DNA from: Escherichia coli | GTDB lineage: Bacteria > Pseudomonadota > Gammaproteobacteria > Enterobacterales > Enterobacteriaceae | Strand: one strand, 5' to 3' | Length of the DNA: 64,000 bases | Assembly: GCF_002854065.1 (NCBI RefSeq) | Contig: NZ_CP024147.1 | Shown here: piece by piece, positions 24,796 to 36,683 of the stretch | How the letters are laid out: each line of letters opens with the position of its first letter | Numbering within the stretch: position 1 is the stretch's first letter | The notes under the pieces: model-generated | Told to the model about the DNA's origin: nothing | What the model saw: only the letters and a program-made list of their open reading frames with translations | Databases searched by the model: none | Position numbers and translations under genes: made by a program

Positions 24796-24822
24796 CAAAT
24801 TGCGTTCCACGGATGGAAGACT

Positions 24823-26718
24823 ATGGCAGGGAAGTTTCGCTGCATTTTGCTGTTGATAGCAGGGCTGTTTGTATCATCTCTAAGTTATGCAGAAAACAAG
24901 GAGATCCCTTCTTATGAAGAAGGGATCTCGCTCTTTGATGTTGAAGCCACTCTGCAACCGGATGGGGTGCTCGACATCAAAGAGAACATTCATTTTCAGG
25001 CGCGAAATCAGCAGATTAAGCACGGATTTTATCGTGATTTACCACGACTATGGATGCAGCCTGATGGGGACGCTGCACTGCTGAACTATCATATTGTTGG
25101 CGTCACCCGTGATGGTATTCCTGAACCCTGACATCATGACTGGCATATCGGGTTAATGAGTATTGTCGTGGGCGATAAACAACGTTTCTTGCCTCAAGGC
25201 GACTATCATTATCAAATTCATTATCAGGTTAAAAATGCTTTCCAGCGTGAGGGAGATTCAGATCTGTTAATCTGGAACGTGACTGGTAACCACTGGCCGT
25301 TTGAAATCTATAAGACCCTATTTTCACTCAAGTTCCCTGATATCGCGGGTAATCCATTTAGCGAAATCGATCTCTTTACTGGAGAAGAGGGCGACACATA
25401 TCGAAATGGCCGCATCCTTGAGGACGGAAGAATTGAATCCCGCGATCCGTTTTATCGTGAAGATTTCACGGTACTCTACCGCTGGCCTCACGCTTTACTT
25501 AGCAATGCCTCGGCTCCACAAACGACGAATATTTTCAGCCATCTTCTTTTACCCTCCACATCATCGTTGTTAATTTGGTTTCCGTGTCTATTCCTGGTTT
25601 GTGGATGGTTATATCTCTGGAAGCGCAGGCCGCAATTTACGCCGGTAGATGTGATTGAAACCGATGTCATTCCGCCAGATTACACGCCCGGCATGTTACG
25701 TCTCGATGCGAAGCTGGTTTACGACGATAAAGGGTTTTGTGCCGATATCGTAAATCTGATTGTGAAAGGAAAAATTCATCTGGAAGATCAGTATGATAAG
25801 AACCAGCAAATCCTGATTCGTGTTAATGAAGGCGCGACCAGAAATAATGAGTTATTACTGCCCGCAGAGCAGTTATTACTGGAAGCGTTATTTCGTAAAG
25901 GCGATAAGGTCGTTCTTACGGGGAGACGCAACAGAGTCTTACGCAGGGCATTTTTACGGATGCAGAAATTTTATCTGCCGCGTAAAAAGTCTTCGTTTTA
26001 CCGGCCTGATACTTTTTTGCAATGGGGTGGACTGGCAATATTGGCGGTCATTCTTTACGGTAACCTGAGTCCTGTAGGCTGGGCAGGAATGAGTCTGGTG
26101 GGCGATATGTTTATTATGATCTGCTGGCTTCTTCCTTTTTTATTTTGTTCCCTTGAGCTTTTGTTTGCCCGCGATGATGACAAGCCTTGCGTTAATCGTG
26201 TAATCATCACTTTGTTTTTACCGCTGATTTGTTCAGGCGTGGCCTTTTATTCTCTCTATATCAATGTCGGAGATGTATTCTTTTACTGGTATATGCCAGC
26301 GGGGTATTTTAGCGCTGTTTTCCTGACCGGTTATCTCACTGGTATGGGGTATATTTTTCTGCCAAAGTTTACCCAAACTGGGCAACAACGTTATGCCCAC
26401 GGTGAAGCTATCGTTAACTATCTTGCGCGTAAAGAGGCGGCAACACACAGTGGGCGGCGGCGGAAAGGGGAAACACGGAAACTGGATTACGCGTTGCCAG
26501 GTTGGGCAGTCTCAGCAAACCTTGGAAGAGAATGGGTTGCACGTATCACCCCATCACTCACAGCGGCTGTTAGCGCCCCGGAAATTGCCTGTAGTGGCGT
26601 TTTGTTCTCATTACAGATGCACCTGAGTCTGGGGGCCAATACCAGTTTGTTGGGGCGAAGTTATTCCGGTGGTGGTGCTGGCGGCGGCGCGGGTGGCGGA
26701 GGCGGTGGTGGCTGGTAA
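24823..26718 (+). pseudogene. yciQ: yciQ (DUF2207 membrane protein) interrupted by an in-frame TGA at 25129-25131
   Basis: ORFs 24823..25131 and 25156..26718 are in the same frame, separated only by TGA in the context GIPEP*HHDWHIGLMSIVVG; intact YciQ is ~631 aa. Confidence 0.75.
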
Positions 26719-26931
26719 TCAAGCTGATGTTAATCGAAACAAGCTTTAACCATAAAGATAGTGTAGTATGTTGCGCCTCAAAGCCAGGCCAGTTGAAACG
26801 TCAAGTTCGTTTACTTAAGGCCTGAAGAGTTCAAACAGACTTTACTATCAGTGAGTCAGATGTAAGTTCTGACTCACTGTTGCACAAAAGCATATCAGAC
26901 GCCTGGGAAGGCGACACCAAAAGGAAGCTCT

Positions 26932-27804
26932 ATGAGCGAAAAGCTACAGAAAGTGCTGGCGCGTGCCGGCCACGGTTCTCGCCGTGAAATCGAATCTATT
27001 ATTGAAGCCGGTCGTGTGAGTGTTGATGGCAAAATTGCTAAACTCGGCGATCGTGTTGAAGTTACCCCTGGATTGAAAATCCGTATCGATGGTCACCTGA
27101 TTTCGGTACGTGAGTCCGCTGAACAAATTTGTCGCGTTCTGGCCTATTACAAACCGGAAGGTGAGTTGTGTACCCGTAACGATCCGGAAGGACGTCCAAC
27201 GGTGTTTGACCGTCTGCCAAAACTGCGTGGCGCACGCTGGATTGCCGTGGGTCGCTTGGACGTTAATACCTGTGGTCTGCTGCTGTTCACCACCGATGGT
27301 GAACTGGCAAACCGTTTAATGCATCCAAGCCGTGAAGTTGAACGTGAATATGCCGTGCGTGTATTTGGTCAGGTTGACGACGCGAAACTGCGTGATTTGA
27401 GTCGTGGCGTGCAGTTGGAAGATGGTCCGGCAGCTTTTAAAACCATCAAGTTCAGCGGCGGCGAAGGGATCAACCAGTGGTACAACGTGACTCTGACCGA
27501 AGGCCGTAACCGTGAAGTTCGTCGACTGTGGGAAGCGGTTGGTGTGCAGGTGAGCCGCCTGATCCGTGTTCGTTACGGTGATATCCCACTGCCAAAAGGT
27601 CTGCCACGCGGTGGCTGGACGGAGCTGGACCTCGCCCAGACTAACTATCTGCGCGAACTGGTGGAGCTACCGCCAGAAACCAGCTCTAAAGTCGCTGTAG
27701 AAAAAGACCGTCGTCGCATGAAGGCGAATCAGATTCGTCGTGCGGTGAAACGTCACAGTCAGGTGAGCGGCGGTCGTCGTTCTGGCGGGCGTAATAGCGG
27801 TTAA
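26932..27804 (+). CDS. rluB: 23S rRNA pseudouridine(2605) synthase (290 aa)
   Basis: S4 domain at N-terminus; RsuA/RluB catalytic core; Arg/Gly-rich C-terminal tail. Confidence 0.95.
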   Translation: MSEKLQKVLARAGHGSRREIESIIEAGRVSVDGKIAKLGDRVEVTPGLKIRIDGHLISVRESAEQICRVLAYYKPEGELCTRNDPEGRPTVFDRLPKLRGARWIAVGRLDVNTCGLLLFTTDGELANRLMHPSREVEREYAVRVFGQVDDAKLRDLSRGVQLEDGPAAFKTIKFSGGEGINQWYNVTLTEGRNREVRRLWEAVGVQVSRLIRVRYGDIPLPKGLPRGGWTELDLAQTNYLRELVELPPETSSKVAVEKDRRRMKANQIRRAVKRHSQVSGGRRSGGRNSG

Positions 27805-27843
27805 TCAAAGTATGCCGGACGTCATATCCGGCATTTTTACAGA

Positions 27844-28434
27844 TTAATAATCGATCCCTATCTGCGCTTTTACACCGGCATCAAACGCATGTTTGATGGG
27901 GCGCAGCTCACTCACCGTATCCGCCAGTTCAAGAATATCCCGATGACAGCCTCGACCCGTGATAATCACCGTCTGTTGATGTGGACGTTCATTTAACGCC
28001 TGCACCACTTCTTCCAGTGGCAAATAGTCATACGCCACCATATAAGTCAGCTCATCAAGCAAAACCATATCCAGTGAGGAATCAGCAAGCATTCGCTTTG
28101 CATGTTGCCAGACTTCGCGGCAGGCGGCGGTATCAGACTCGCGGTTTTGTGTATCCCAGGTAAAGCCCGTTGCCATTACCTGAAACTCAACGCCGTGTGG
28201 CTCCAGCAGATTGCGTTCGCCATTAGGCCAGGTGCCTTTGATAAACTGCACGACGCCCACTTTTTTTCCATGACCAACTGCGCGTGTTGCCGTACCAAAT
28301 GCCGCGGTGGTTTTGCCTTTTCCATTACCGGTAAAGACGATGATAATACCGCGTTCATCCTGGGCCTGGGCCACACGAGCATCTACTTTTTCTTTCACTC
28401 GCTGCTGACGCTGTTGGTAGCGTTCATCACTCAT
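27844..28434 (-). CDS. btuR: Cob(I)yrinic acid a,c-diamide adenosyltransferase (196 aa)
   Basis: P-loop GNGKGKTTAAFG; conserved position. Confidence 0.93.
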   Translation of the reverse strand: MSDERYQQRQQRVKEKVDARVAQAQDERGIIIVFTGNGKGKTTAAFGTATRAVGHGKKVGVVQFIKGTWPNGERNLLEPHGVEFQVMATGFTWDTQNRESDTAACREVWQHAKRMLADSSLDMVLLDELTYMVAYDYLPLEEVVQALNERPHQQTVIITGRGCHRDILELADTVSELRPIKHAFDAGVKAQIGIDY

Positions 28435-29189
28435 TGGGAAATTCCTGGTTTACGGCCCGGTTGGGCGTCAAAGGTCATGCCGGTTTTACGGCGGCTGTCA
28501 TCGCCCATCAGCCAGAGGTAGAGCGGCATGATATCAGCGGGTGTTTTAAGTTTCTGTGGATCTTCGGTCGGGAAGGCGCTGGCACGCATTGCGGTGCGCG
28601 TACCGCCTGGGTTAATGCAGTTGACGCGCAGGCGCTGCTGATATTCATCGGCCAGTACCTGCATCATCCCTTCGGTGGCAAATTTCGAGGCTGCATATGC
28701 GCCCCAGTTGGCTCGTCCCTGACGTCCAACGCTTGATGAAGTAAAGACCAGTGAACCGGCGTCCGATTTGAGTAATAAAGGAAGCAGTGCCTGGGTGAGC
28801 ATAAAGGTAGCATTAACGTTGACCTGTATGACGTCCTGCCAGACCTGTGGATTTTGTTCGCTCATTGGGCAAACATCGCCGAGCAATCCGGCATTATGCA
28901 AAACACCATCCAGACGCGGATAATTAACGGCAATGCGCTGTGCCAGTTGTTGGCAATCTTCGGACCTGCAGGTCAGCAAATCGAGAATAAACCACTGTGG
29001 CTGACGCCCAGTTTCTTCGTTTATGTGGCTGGCTACCTGACGTAATTTTTCTTCATTACGGCCCAACAGAATCACTGTCGCACCATAGCGTGCATACGTC
29101 ATCGCGGCTTCACGACCAATACCATCACTGGCTCCCGTCACCAGGATAATGCGATCATTGAGTAAATCTTGTTTTGGCTGGTAATGCAT
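28431..29189 (-). CDS. yciK: Short-chain dehydrogenase/reductase family oxidoreductase (252 aa)
   Basis: TGASDGIGR Rossmann motif and YAASK active-site motif; stop overlaps btuR start. Confidence 0.93.
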   Translation of the reverse strand: MHYQPKQDLLNDRIILVTGASDGIGREAAMTYARYGATVILLGRNEEKLRQVASHINEETGRQPQWFILDLLTCRSEDCQQLAQRIAVNYPRLDGVLHNAGLLGDVCPMSEQNPQVWQDVIQVNVNATFMLTQALLPLLLKSDAGSLVFTSSSVGRQGRANWGAYAASKFATEGMMQVLADEYQQRLRVNCINPGGTRTAMRASAFPTEDPQKLKTPADIMPLYLWLMGDDSRRKTGMTFDAQPGRKPGISQ

Positions 29190-29408
29190 GGCTACTCCTC
29201 AACGACGTTGTCTGTCGCGCTGCCAGTGTACTTTATGACTTTGGGGCTTTATGCCTGAAACAGAAGGGCATTTCAATCAGCCTGGGGCGATAACACCGCA
29301 AAATGGATGCTTTGTCATACTTTCGCTGCAATAACATCTCTGCGAGACGGCTTAACATGCCTGTTGTAAACTGTGAGCCAAAGCGTTGTTTAACCAAGGT
29401 GGGGACTC

Positions 29409-30458
29409 GTGGAATTGTTGTCTGAATATGGTTTGTTTTTGGCGAAAATCGTTACCGTTGTGCTAGCGATTGCGGCGATTGCCGCCATTATTGTCAATGT
29501 TGCTCAACGTAATAAACGCCAGCGTGGCGAGTTACGGGTCAACAATCTCAGCGAACAGTATAAGGAGATGAAAGAAGAACTGGCCGCGGCGCTGATGGAC
29601 TCACATCAGCAAAAACAGTGGCACAAAGCGCAGAAGAAAAAGCACAAGCAAGAAGCGAAAGCAGCAAAAGCGAAAGCCAAACTGGGCGAGGTGTCAACTG
29701 ACAGTAAACCCCGCGTCTGGGTGCTGGATTTTAAAGGCAGCATGGACGCCCATGAAGTGAACTCGCTACGTGAAGAGATAACGGCTGTACTCGCAGCATT
29801 CAAACCGCAGGATCAGGTTGTGCTCCGTCTGGAAAGCCCTGGTGGCATGGTGCATGGTTACGGGTTGGCGGCTTCGCAGCTGCAGCGTCTGCGTGATAAA
29901 AACATTCCTTTAACTGTTACGGTAGACAAAGTTGCTGCCAGCGGCGGTTACATGATGGCCTGTGTGGCGGACAAAATTGTTTCCGCACCGTTTGCTATTG
30001 TGGGTTCCATTGGGGTGGTGGCGCAAATGCCCAACTTTAACCGCTTCCTGAAAAGCAAAGATATTGATATCGAACTGCACACCGCCGGGCAGTATAAGCG
30101 TACGCTGACCTTGCTGGGTGAAAATACCGAAGAAGGGCGGGAGAAATTCCGCGAAGAGCTGAACGAAACGCATCAGTTATTTAAAGATTTTGTGAAGCGT
30201 ATGCGTCCGTCTCTGGATATTGAACAGGTGGCAACGGGTGAACACTGGTACGGACAACAGGCGGTAGAGAAAGGCCTGGTTGATGAAATCAACACCAGTG
30301 ATGAAGTTATTCTTAGCCTGATGGAAGGCCGAGAAGTGGTCAATGTACGCTATATGCAGCGTAAACGACTCATTGACCGATTCACCGGCAGCGCGGCAGA
30401 GAGCGCAGATCGATTATTGCTACGCTGGTGGCAGCGTGGGCAAAAGCCATTGATGTAA
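29409..30458 (+). CDS. sohB: Inner-membrane peptidase SohB, S49 family (349 aa)
   Basis: ORF from GTG 29409 (MELLSEYGLFLAKIV); ClpP/SppA-like fold. Confidence 0.93.
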   Translation: MELLSEYGLFLAKIVTVVLAIAAIAAIIVNVAQRNKRQRGELRVNNLSEQYKEMKEELAAALMDSHQQKQWHKAQKKKHKQEAKAAKAKAKLGEVSTDSKPRVWVLDFKGSMDAHEVNSLREEITAVLAAFKPQDQVVLRLESPGGMVHGYGLAASQLQRLRDKNIPLTVTVDKVAASGGYMMACVADKIVSAPFAIVGSIGVVAQMPNFNRFLKSKDIDIELHTAGQYKRTLTLLGENTEEGREKFREELNETHQLFKDFVKRMRPSLDIEQVATGEHWYGQQAVEKGLVDEINTSDEVILSLMEGREVVNVRYMQRKRLIDRFTGSAAESADRLLLRWWQRGQKPLM

Positions 30459-30493
30459 AAGACAAACGCGAGGGTAAGACCTCGCGTTTTGCT

Positions 30494-30745
30494 TTAATCA
30501 ACCAGGTGATATTTTTCTGAAAGCACATGGGCCAAGTGTTTGAACATATTAAACACCGCGGTGCTTTTGGCTGTTGGCAATCCTTGTTCATCTAAAAAGT
30601 AGTCGCCGGTAAATACCAGCACGCCATTACGCTGCGTGACGCCGGTGGCTTCAATCCCTGCGAGCGTATCCTCATGCTCACGAATGATTTTGTTGGCCTC
30701 TTTCAACAGCGTTTCGCGGTCGATGGGTTGTGTCTCTTTGTTCAT
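30494..30745 (-). CDS. yciN: DUF2498 protein (83 aa)
   Basis: Full ORF; conserved position upstream of topA. Confidence 0.9.
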
Positions 30746-31124
30746 TATTTACTCCTTAAACAAGGACATTAGTCTACGCCAGGCATGGCTTGCAGACAAA
30801 TATACCACGCTGGTGGCAAGAGCGCCTTACTGGCAACTTTGGATTTTGCATGCTAATAAAGTTGCGTATCGGATTTTATCAGGTACAGTGTGACGCTTTC
30901 GTCAATCTGGCAATAGATTTGCTTGACATTCGACCAAAATTCCGTCGTGCTATAGCGCCTGTAGGCCAAGACCTGTTAACTCAGTCACCTGAATTTTCGT
31001 GAACAGAGTCACGACAAGGGGTTGATATCCGCAGAGAACGAGTCCATATCGGTAACTCGTTGCCAGTGGAAGGTTTATCAACGTGCGACGCATTCCTGGA
31101 AGAATCAAATTAGGTAAGGTGAAT

Positions 31125-33722
31125 ATGGGTAAAGCTCTTGTCATCGTTGAGTCCCCGGCAAAAGCCAAAACGATCAACAAGTATCTGGGTAGTGACTACG
31201 TGGTGAAATCCAGCGTCGGTCACATCCGCGATTTGCCGACCAGTGGCTCAGCTGCCAAAAAGAGTGCCGACTCTACCTCCACCAAGACGGCTAAAAAGCC
31301 TAAAAAGGATGAACGTGGCGCTCTCGTCAACCGTATGGGGGTTGACCCGTGGCACAATTGGGAGGCGCACTATGAAGTGTTGCCTGGTAAAGAGAAGGTC
31401 GTCTCTGAACTGAAACAACTGGCTGAAAAAGCCGACCACATCTATCTCGCAACCGACCTTGACCGCGAAGGGGAAGCCATTGCATGGCACCTGCGGGAAG
31501 TGATTGGTGGTGATGATGCGCGCTATAGCCGAGTGGTGTTTAACGAAATTACTAAAAACGCGATCCGCCAGGCATTTAACAAACCGGGTGAGCTGAATAT
31601 TGATCGTGTTAATGCCCAGCAGGCGCGTCGCTTTATGGACCGCGTGGTGGGGTATATGGTTTCGCCGCTGCTATGGAAAAAGATCGCTCGTGGTCTGTCT
31701 GCCGGTCGTGTGCAGTCGGTGGCGGTTCGCCTGGTGGTCGAGCGTGAGCGTGAAATTAAAGCGTTCGTGCCGGAAGAGTTCTGGGAAGTCGATGCCAGCA
31801 CGACCACGCCATCTGGTGAAGCGTTGGCGTTGCAGGTGACTCATCAGAACGACAAACCGTTCCGTCCGGTCAACAAAGAACAAACTCAGGCTGCGGTAAG
31901 TCTGCTGGAAAAAGCGCGCTACAGCGTGCTGGAACGTGAAGACAAACCGACAACCAGTAAACCTGGCGCTCCTTTTATTACCTCTACGCTGCAACAAGCT
32001 GCCAGCACCCGTCTTGGATTTGGCGTGAAAAAAACCATGATGATGGCGCAGCGTTTGTATGAAGCAGGCTATATCACTTACATGCGTACCGACTCCACTA
32101 ACCTGAGTCAGGACGCGGTAAATATGGTTCGCGGTTATATCAGCGATAATTTTGGTAAGAAATATCTGCCGGAAAGTCCGAATCAGTACGCCAGCAAAGA
32201 AAACTCACAGGAAGCGCACGAAGCGATTCGTCCTTCTGACGTCAATGTGATGGCGGAATCGCTGAAGGATATGGAAGCAGATGCGCAGAAACTGTACCAG
32301 TTAATCTGGCGTCAGTTCGTTGCCTGCCAGATGACCCCAGCGAAATATGACTCCACGACGCTGACCGTTGGTGCGGGCGATTTCCGCCTGAAAGCACGCG
32401 GTCGTATTTTGCGCTTTGATGGCTGGACAAAAGTGATGCCTGCACTGCGTAAAGGCGATGAAGATCGTATCTTACCGGCAGTCGATAAAGGCGATGCTCT
32501 GACGCTCGTTGAACTGACACCAGCCCAGCACTTTACCAAGCCGCCAGCCCGTTTCAGTGAAGCATCGCTGGTTAAAGAACTGGAAAAACGCGGTATCGGT
32601 CGTCCGTCTACCTATGCGTCGATCATTTCGACCATTCAGGATCGTGGCTATGTGCGTGTAGAAAACCGTCGTTTCTATGCGGAAAAAATGGGCGAAATCG
32701 TCACCGATCGCCTGGAAGAAAATTTCCGCGAGTTAATGAACTACGACTTCACCGCGCAGATGGAAAACAGCCTTGACCAGGTGGCAAATCACGAAGCAGA
32801 GTGGAAAGCTGTACTGGATCACTTCTTCTCGGATTTCACCCAGCAGTTAGATAAAGCTGAAAAAGATCCGGAAGAGGGTGGTATGCGCCCGAACCAGATG
32901 GTTCTGACCAGCATTGACTGCCCGACTTGTGGTCGCAAAATGGGGATTCGCACAGCGAGCACCGGGGTATTCCTTGGCTGTTCTGGTTATGCGCTGCCGC
33001 CGAAAGAGCGTTGCAAAACCACCATTAACCTGGTGCCGGAAAACGAAGTGCTGAACGTGCTGGAAGGCGAAGACGCTGAAACCAATGCGCTGCGCGCAAA
33101 ACGTCGTTGCCCGAAATGCGGCACGGCGATGGACAGCTATCTCATCGATCCGAAACGTAAGTTGCATGTCTGTGGTAATAACCCAACCTGCGACGGTTAC
33201 GAGATCGAAGAGGGCGAATTCCGCATTAAAGGTTATGACGGCCCGATCGTTGAGTGTGAAAAATGTGGCTCTGAAATGCACCTGAAAATGGGGCGTTTCG
33301 GTAAATACATGGCCTGCACCAACGAAGAGTGTAAAAACACGCGTAAGATTTTACGTAACGGCGAAGTGGCTCCACCGAAAGAAGATCCGGTTCCTCTGCC
33401 AGAACTACCTTGCGAAAAATCAGATGCTTATTTCGTGTTGCGTGACGGCGCTGCGGGTGTTTTCCTGGCTGCCAACACTTTCCCGAAATCGCGTGAAACG
33501 CGTGCGCCGCTGGTGGAAGAGCTGTATCGCTTCCGCGACCGTCTGCCGGAAAAACTGCGTTATCTGGCCGATGCGCCGCAGCAGGATCCGGAAGGTAATA
33601 AGACCATGGTTCGCTTTAGCCGTAAAACCAAACAGCAATATGTCTCTTCGGAAAAAGACGGAAAGGCGACTGGCTGGTCAGCATTTTATGTTGATGGCAA
33701 ATGGGTTGAAGGGAAAAAATAA
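31125..33722 (+). CDS. topA: DNA topoisomerase I (865 aa)
   Basis: ORF 31083..33722; start placed at ATG 31125 ([22 protein letters not shown]); Toprim domain and C-terminal zinc-ribbon Cys repeats. Confidence 0.97.
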   Translation: MGKALVIVESPAKAKTINKYLGSDYVVKSSVGHIRDLPTSGSAAKKSADSTSTKTAKKPKKDERGALVNRMGVDPWHNWEAHYEVLPGKEKVVSELKQLAEKADHIYLATDLDREGEAIAWHLREVIGGDDARYSRVVFNEITKNAIRQAFNKPGELNIDRVNAQQARRFMDRVVGYMVSPLLWKKIARGLSAGRVQSVAVRLVVEREREIKAFVPEEFWEVDASTTTPSGEALALQVTHQNDKPFRPVNKEQTQAAVSLLEKARYSVLEREDKPTTSKPGAPFITSTLQQAASTRLGFGVKKTMMMAQRLYEAGYITYMRTDSTNLSQDAVNMVRGYISDNFGKKYLPESPNQYASKENSQEAHEAIRPSDVNVMAESLKDMEADAQKLYQLIWRQFVACQMTPAKYDSTTLTVGAGDFRLKARGRILRFDGWTKVMPALRKGDEDRILPAVDKGDALTLVELTPAQHFTKPPARFSEASLVKELEKRGIGRPSTYASIISTIQDRGYVRVENRRFYAEKMGEIVTDRLEENFRELMNYDFTAQMENSLDQVANHEAEWKAVLDHFFSDFTQQLDKAEKDPEEGGMRPNQMVLTSIDCPTCGRKMGIRTASTGVFLGCSGYALPPKERCKTTINLVPENEVLNVLEGEDAETNALRAKRRCPKCGTAMDSYLIDPKRKLHVCGNNPTCDGYEIEEGEFRIKGYDGPIVECEKCGSEMHLKMGRFGKYMACTNEECKNTRKILRNGEVAPPKEDPVPLPELPCEKSDAYFVLRDGAAGVFLAANTFPKSRETRAPLVEELYRFRDRLPEKLRYLADAPQQDPEGNKTMVRFSRKTKQQYVSSEKDGKATGWSAFYVDGKWVEGKK

Positions 33723-33907
33723 CCTTTAATTCTGTCAGGTTTTTATAAACAAAGGGTCGCGAAAGCGGCCCTTTTTTATTGCATATTATTTTTTCTTCAC
33801 ACCTATACACTAAGGCTATAAATGATATAGTGGTTATAGTTAGCACCTTTTTTATTATTAAATCGTATTAGTCACCCGCCAGGTGTGACGAAAAAACGAT
33901 GTTCTGA

Positions 33908-34906
<999 letters not shown>

Positions 34907-35097
34907 TTTCTTGCGTTATTTTCGGCACCTTTTATGTAGCGAAGGTGCCGGAATATATTCTCTTTTGTTACTTATTTGTATACCGTGCACAATATTTTTA
35001 TCCCTCATATTTATAGGGTAAATTACCTGTAAAGTAGTGTCTAATTACCCGCCTCGCAAATTCCAGTTTTCAAATATCTATTTCAGGTCAAAAGATT

Positions 35098-35105
35098 GAA
35101 TTATT
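35098..35105. repeat. Left copy of the 8-bp IS1 target-site duplication (gaattatt)
   Basis: Identical 8-mer immediately flanks both IS1 ends. Confidence 0.8.
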
Positions 35106-35160
35106 GGTGATGCTGCCAACTTACTGATTTAGTGTATGATGGTGTTTTTGAGGTGCTCCA

Positions 35161-35436
35161 GTGGCTTCTGTTTCTATCAGCTGTCCCTCCTGTTCAGCTA
35201 CTGACGGGGTGGTGCGTAACGGCAAAAGCACTGCCGGACATCAGCGCTATCTCTGCTCTCACTGCCGTAAAACATGGCAACTGCAGTTCACTTACACCGC
35301 TTCTCAACCCGGTACGCACCAGAAAATCATTGATATGGCCATGAATGGCGTTGGATGCCGGGCAACCGCCCGCATTATGGGCGTTGGCCTCAACACGATT
35401 TTCCGCCATTTAAAAAACTCAGGCCGCAGTCGGTAA
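35161..35436 (+). CDS. insA: IS1 InsA (91 aa)
   Basis: [43 protein letters not shown]... matches IS1 InsA. Confidence 0.95.
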   Translation: MASVSISCPSCSATDGVVRNGKSTAGHQRYLCSHCRKTWQLQFTYTASQPGTHQKIIDMAMNGVGCRATARIMGVGLNTIFRHLKNSGRSR

Positions 35437-35858
35437 CCTCGCGCATACAGCCGGGCAGTGACGTCATCGTCTGCGCGGAAATGGACGAACAGTGGGGATA
35501 CGTCGGGGCTAAATCGCGCCAGCGCTGGCTGTTTTACGCGTATGACAGGCTCCGGAAGACGGTTGTTGCGCACGTATTCGGTGAACGCACTATGGCGACG
35601 CTGGGGCGTCTTATGAGCCTGCTGTCACCCTTTGACGTGGTGATATGGATGACGGATGGCTGGCCGCTGTATGAATCCCGCCTGAAGGGAAAGCTGCACG
35701 TAATCAGCAAGCGATATACGCAGCGAATTGAGCGGCATAACCTGAATCTGAGGCAGCACCTGGCACGGCTGGGACGGAAGTCGCTGTCGTTCTCAAAATC
35801 GGTGGAGCTGCATGACAAAGTCATCGGGCATTATCTGAACATAAAACACTATCAATAA
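35355..35858 (+). CDS. insB: IS1 InsB frame; transposase InsAB' is made by -1 frameshift at the A-run near 35410-35420
   Basis: ORF matches IS1 InsB; A6C slippery motif ttaaaaaactc present. Confidence 0.9.
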   Translation: MPGNRPHYGRWPQHDFPPFKKLRPQSVTSRIQPGSDVIVCAEMDEQWGYVGAKSRQRWLFYAYDRLRKTVVAHVFGERTMATLGRLMSLLSPFDVVIWMTDGWPLYESRLKGKLHVISKRYTQRIERHNLNLRQHLARLGRKSLSFSKSVELHDKVIGHYLNIKHYQ

Positions 35859-35873
35859 GTTGGAGTCATTACC

Positions 35874-35881
35874 GAATTATT
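35874..35881. repeat. Right copy of the 8-bp IS1 target-site duplication (gaattatt)
   Basis: Identical to 35098-35105. Confidence 0.8.
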
Positions 35882-36000
35882 CACTGGAGACGATTCGTAA
35901 ATTCGCTGGATTTTTGACTAAAGTTTCTTTAGGATTTGTCTCATCGTATGATTAATTACACCAATCGTTCAACGTCTTGCTGATAAGTGATGGCGATTAT

Positions 36001-36141
36001 ATGAGGTTAGCAATGCCTTCTGGAAATCAGGAACCCCGCCGCGATCCTGAATTAAAACGTAAAGCCTGGCTGGCGGTTTTTCTTGGTTCTGCACTTTTCT
36101 GGGTGGTTGTCGCACTGCTGATTTGGAAAGTGTGGGGATAA
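36001..36141 (+). CDS. ymiA: Small single-TM protein (46 aa), YmiA-like
   Basis: ORF MRLAMPSGNQEPRRDPELKRKAWLAVFLGSALFWVVVALLIWKVWG (not in the supplied ORF track, below its length cutoff); a possible alternative start at 36013; position fits the remembered K-12 ymiA. Confidence 0.45.
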   Translation: MRLAMPSGNQEPRRDPELKRKAWLAVFLGSALFWVVVALLIWKVWG

Positions 36142-36143
36142 CT

Positions 36144-36311
36144 ATGGTTGGTCAGGAGCAACTGGAGTCGTCACCATTATGCCAGGATAGTGACAATGAA
36201 CCAGAAACGAAACGGGAATGTTCCGTCGTTATTCCAGACGACTGGCAACTAACATCGCAGCAGCAAGCCTTTATAGAACTGTTTGCTGAAGATGATCAGC
36301 CGAAACAATAA
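36144..36311 (+). CDS. yciX: Small acidic protein (55 aa), YciX-like
   Basis: Internal ATG 36144 of ORF 36123..36311 with GGGGA 6 nt upstream; position fits the remembered K-12 yciX. Confidence 0.4.
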   Translation: MVGQEQLESSPLCQDSDNEPETKRECSVVIPDDWQLTSQQQAFIELFAEDDQPKQ

Positions 36312-36683
36312 TTATCATCATTCTTATTACCCATTTTTAATGAATTACAGGGCTTTTAATACACCGCAGCAATAACAGGTTGAGTTATCTCAACACAAAG
36401 TAATAACCGTTAAGGGTGTAGCCTATGATCAACACAAATATGAAATATTGGTCCTGGATGGGCGCGTTTTCTCTGTCGATGCTCTTCTGGGCCGAACTCA
36501 TCTGGATCATTACTCACTGATCCCTGACCCCGTTGCGGCGGGGTTTTCATTTGCTTTGCCACAAGCTTTCTCCTCTTTTATCAATTTGGGTTGTTATCAA
36601 ATCGTTACACGATGTTTGTGTTATCTTTAATATTCACCCTGAAGAGAATCAGGGCTTCGCAACCCTGTCATTAAGGAGGAGCT

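Larger units (their letters stand above)
35106..35873 (+). mobile_element. IS1 insertion sequence (768 bp)
   Basis: Left end ggtgatgctgccaacttactgat and right end atcaataagttggagtcattacc; insA and insB inside; the cysB-acnA spacing minus the IS equals the ~1 kb K-12 spacing. Confidence 0.95.

Noticed and set aside
26650-26718. Gly-rich tail (GGGAGGGAGGGGGGGW) and its repetitive ggt/ggc DNA at the end of yciQ
   Set aside because: Looks like a native low-complexity C-terminus rather than a separate repeat element; it is also downstream of the nonsense codon
27805-27843. Hairpin atgccggacgtcatatccggcat between convergent rluB and btuR, considered as a possible REP element
   Set aside because: It does not match the REP consensus and is better explained as an ordinary bidirectional terminator
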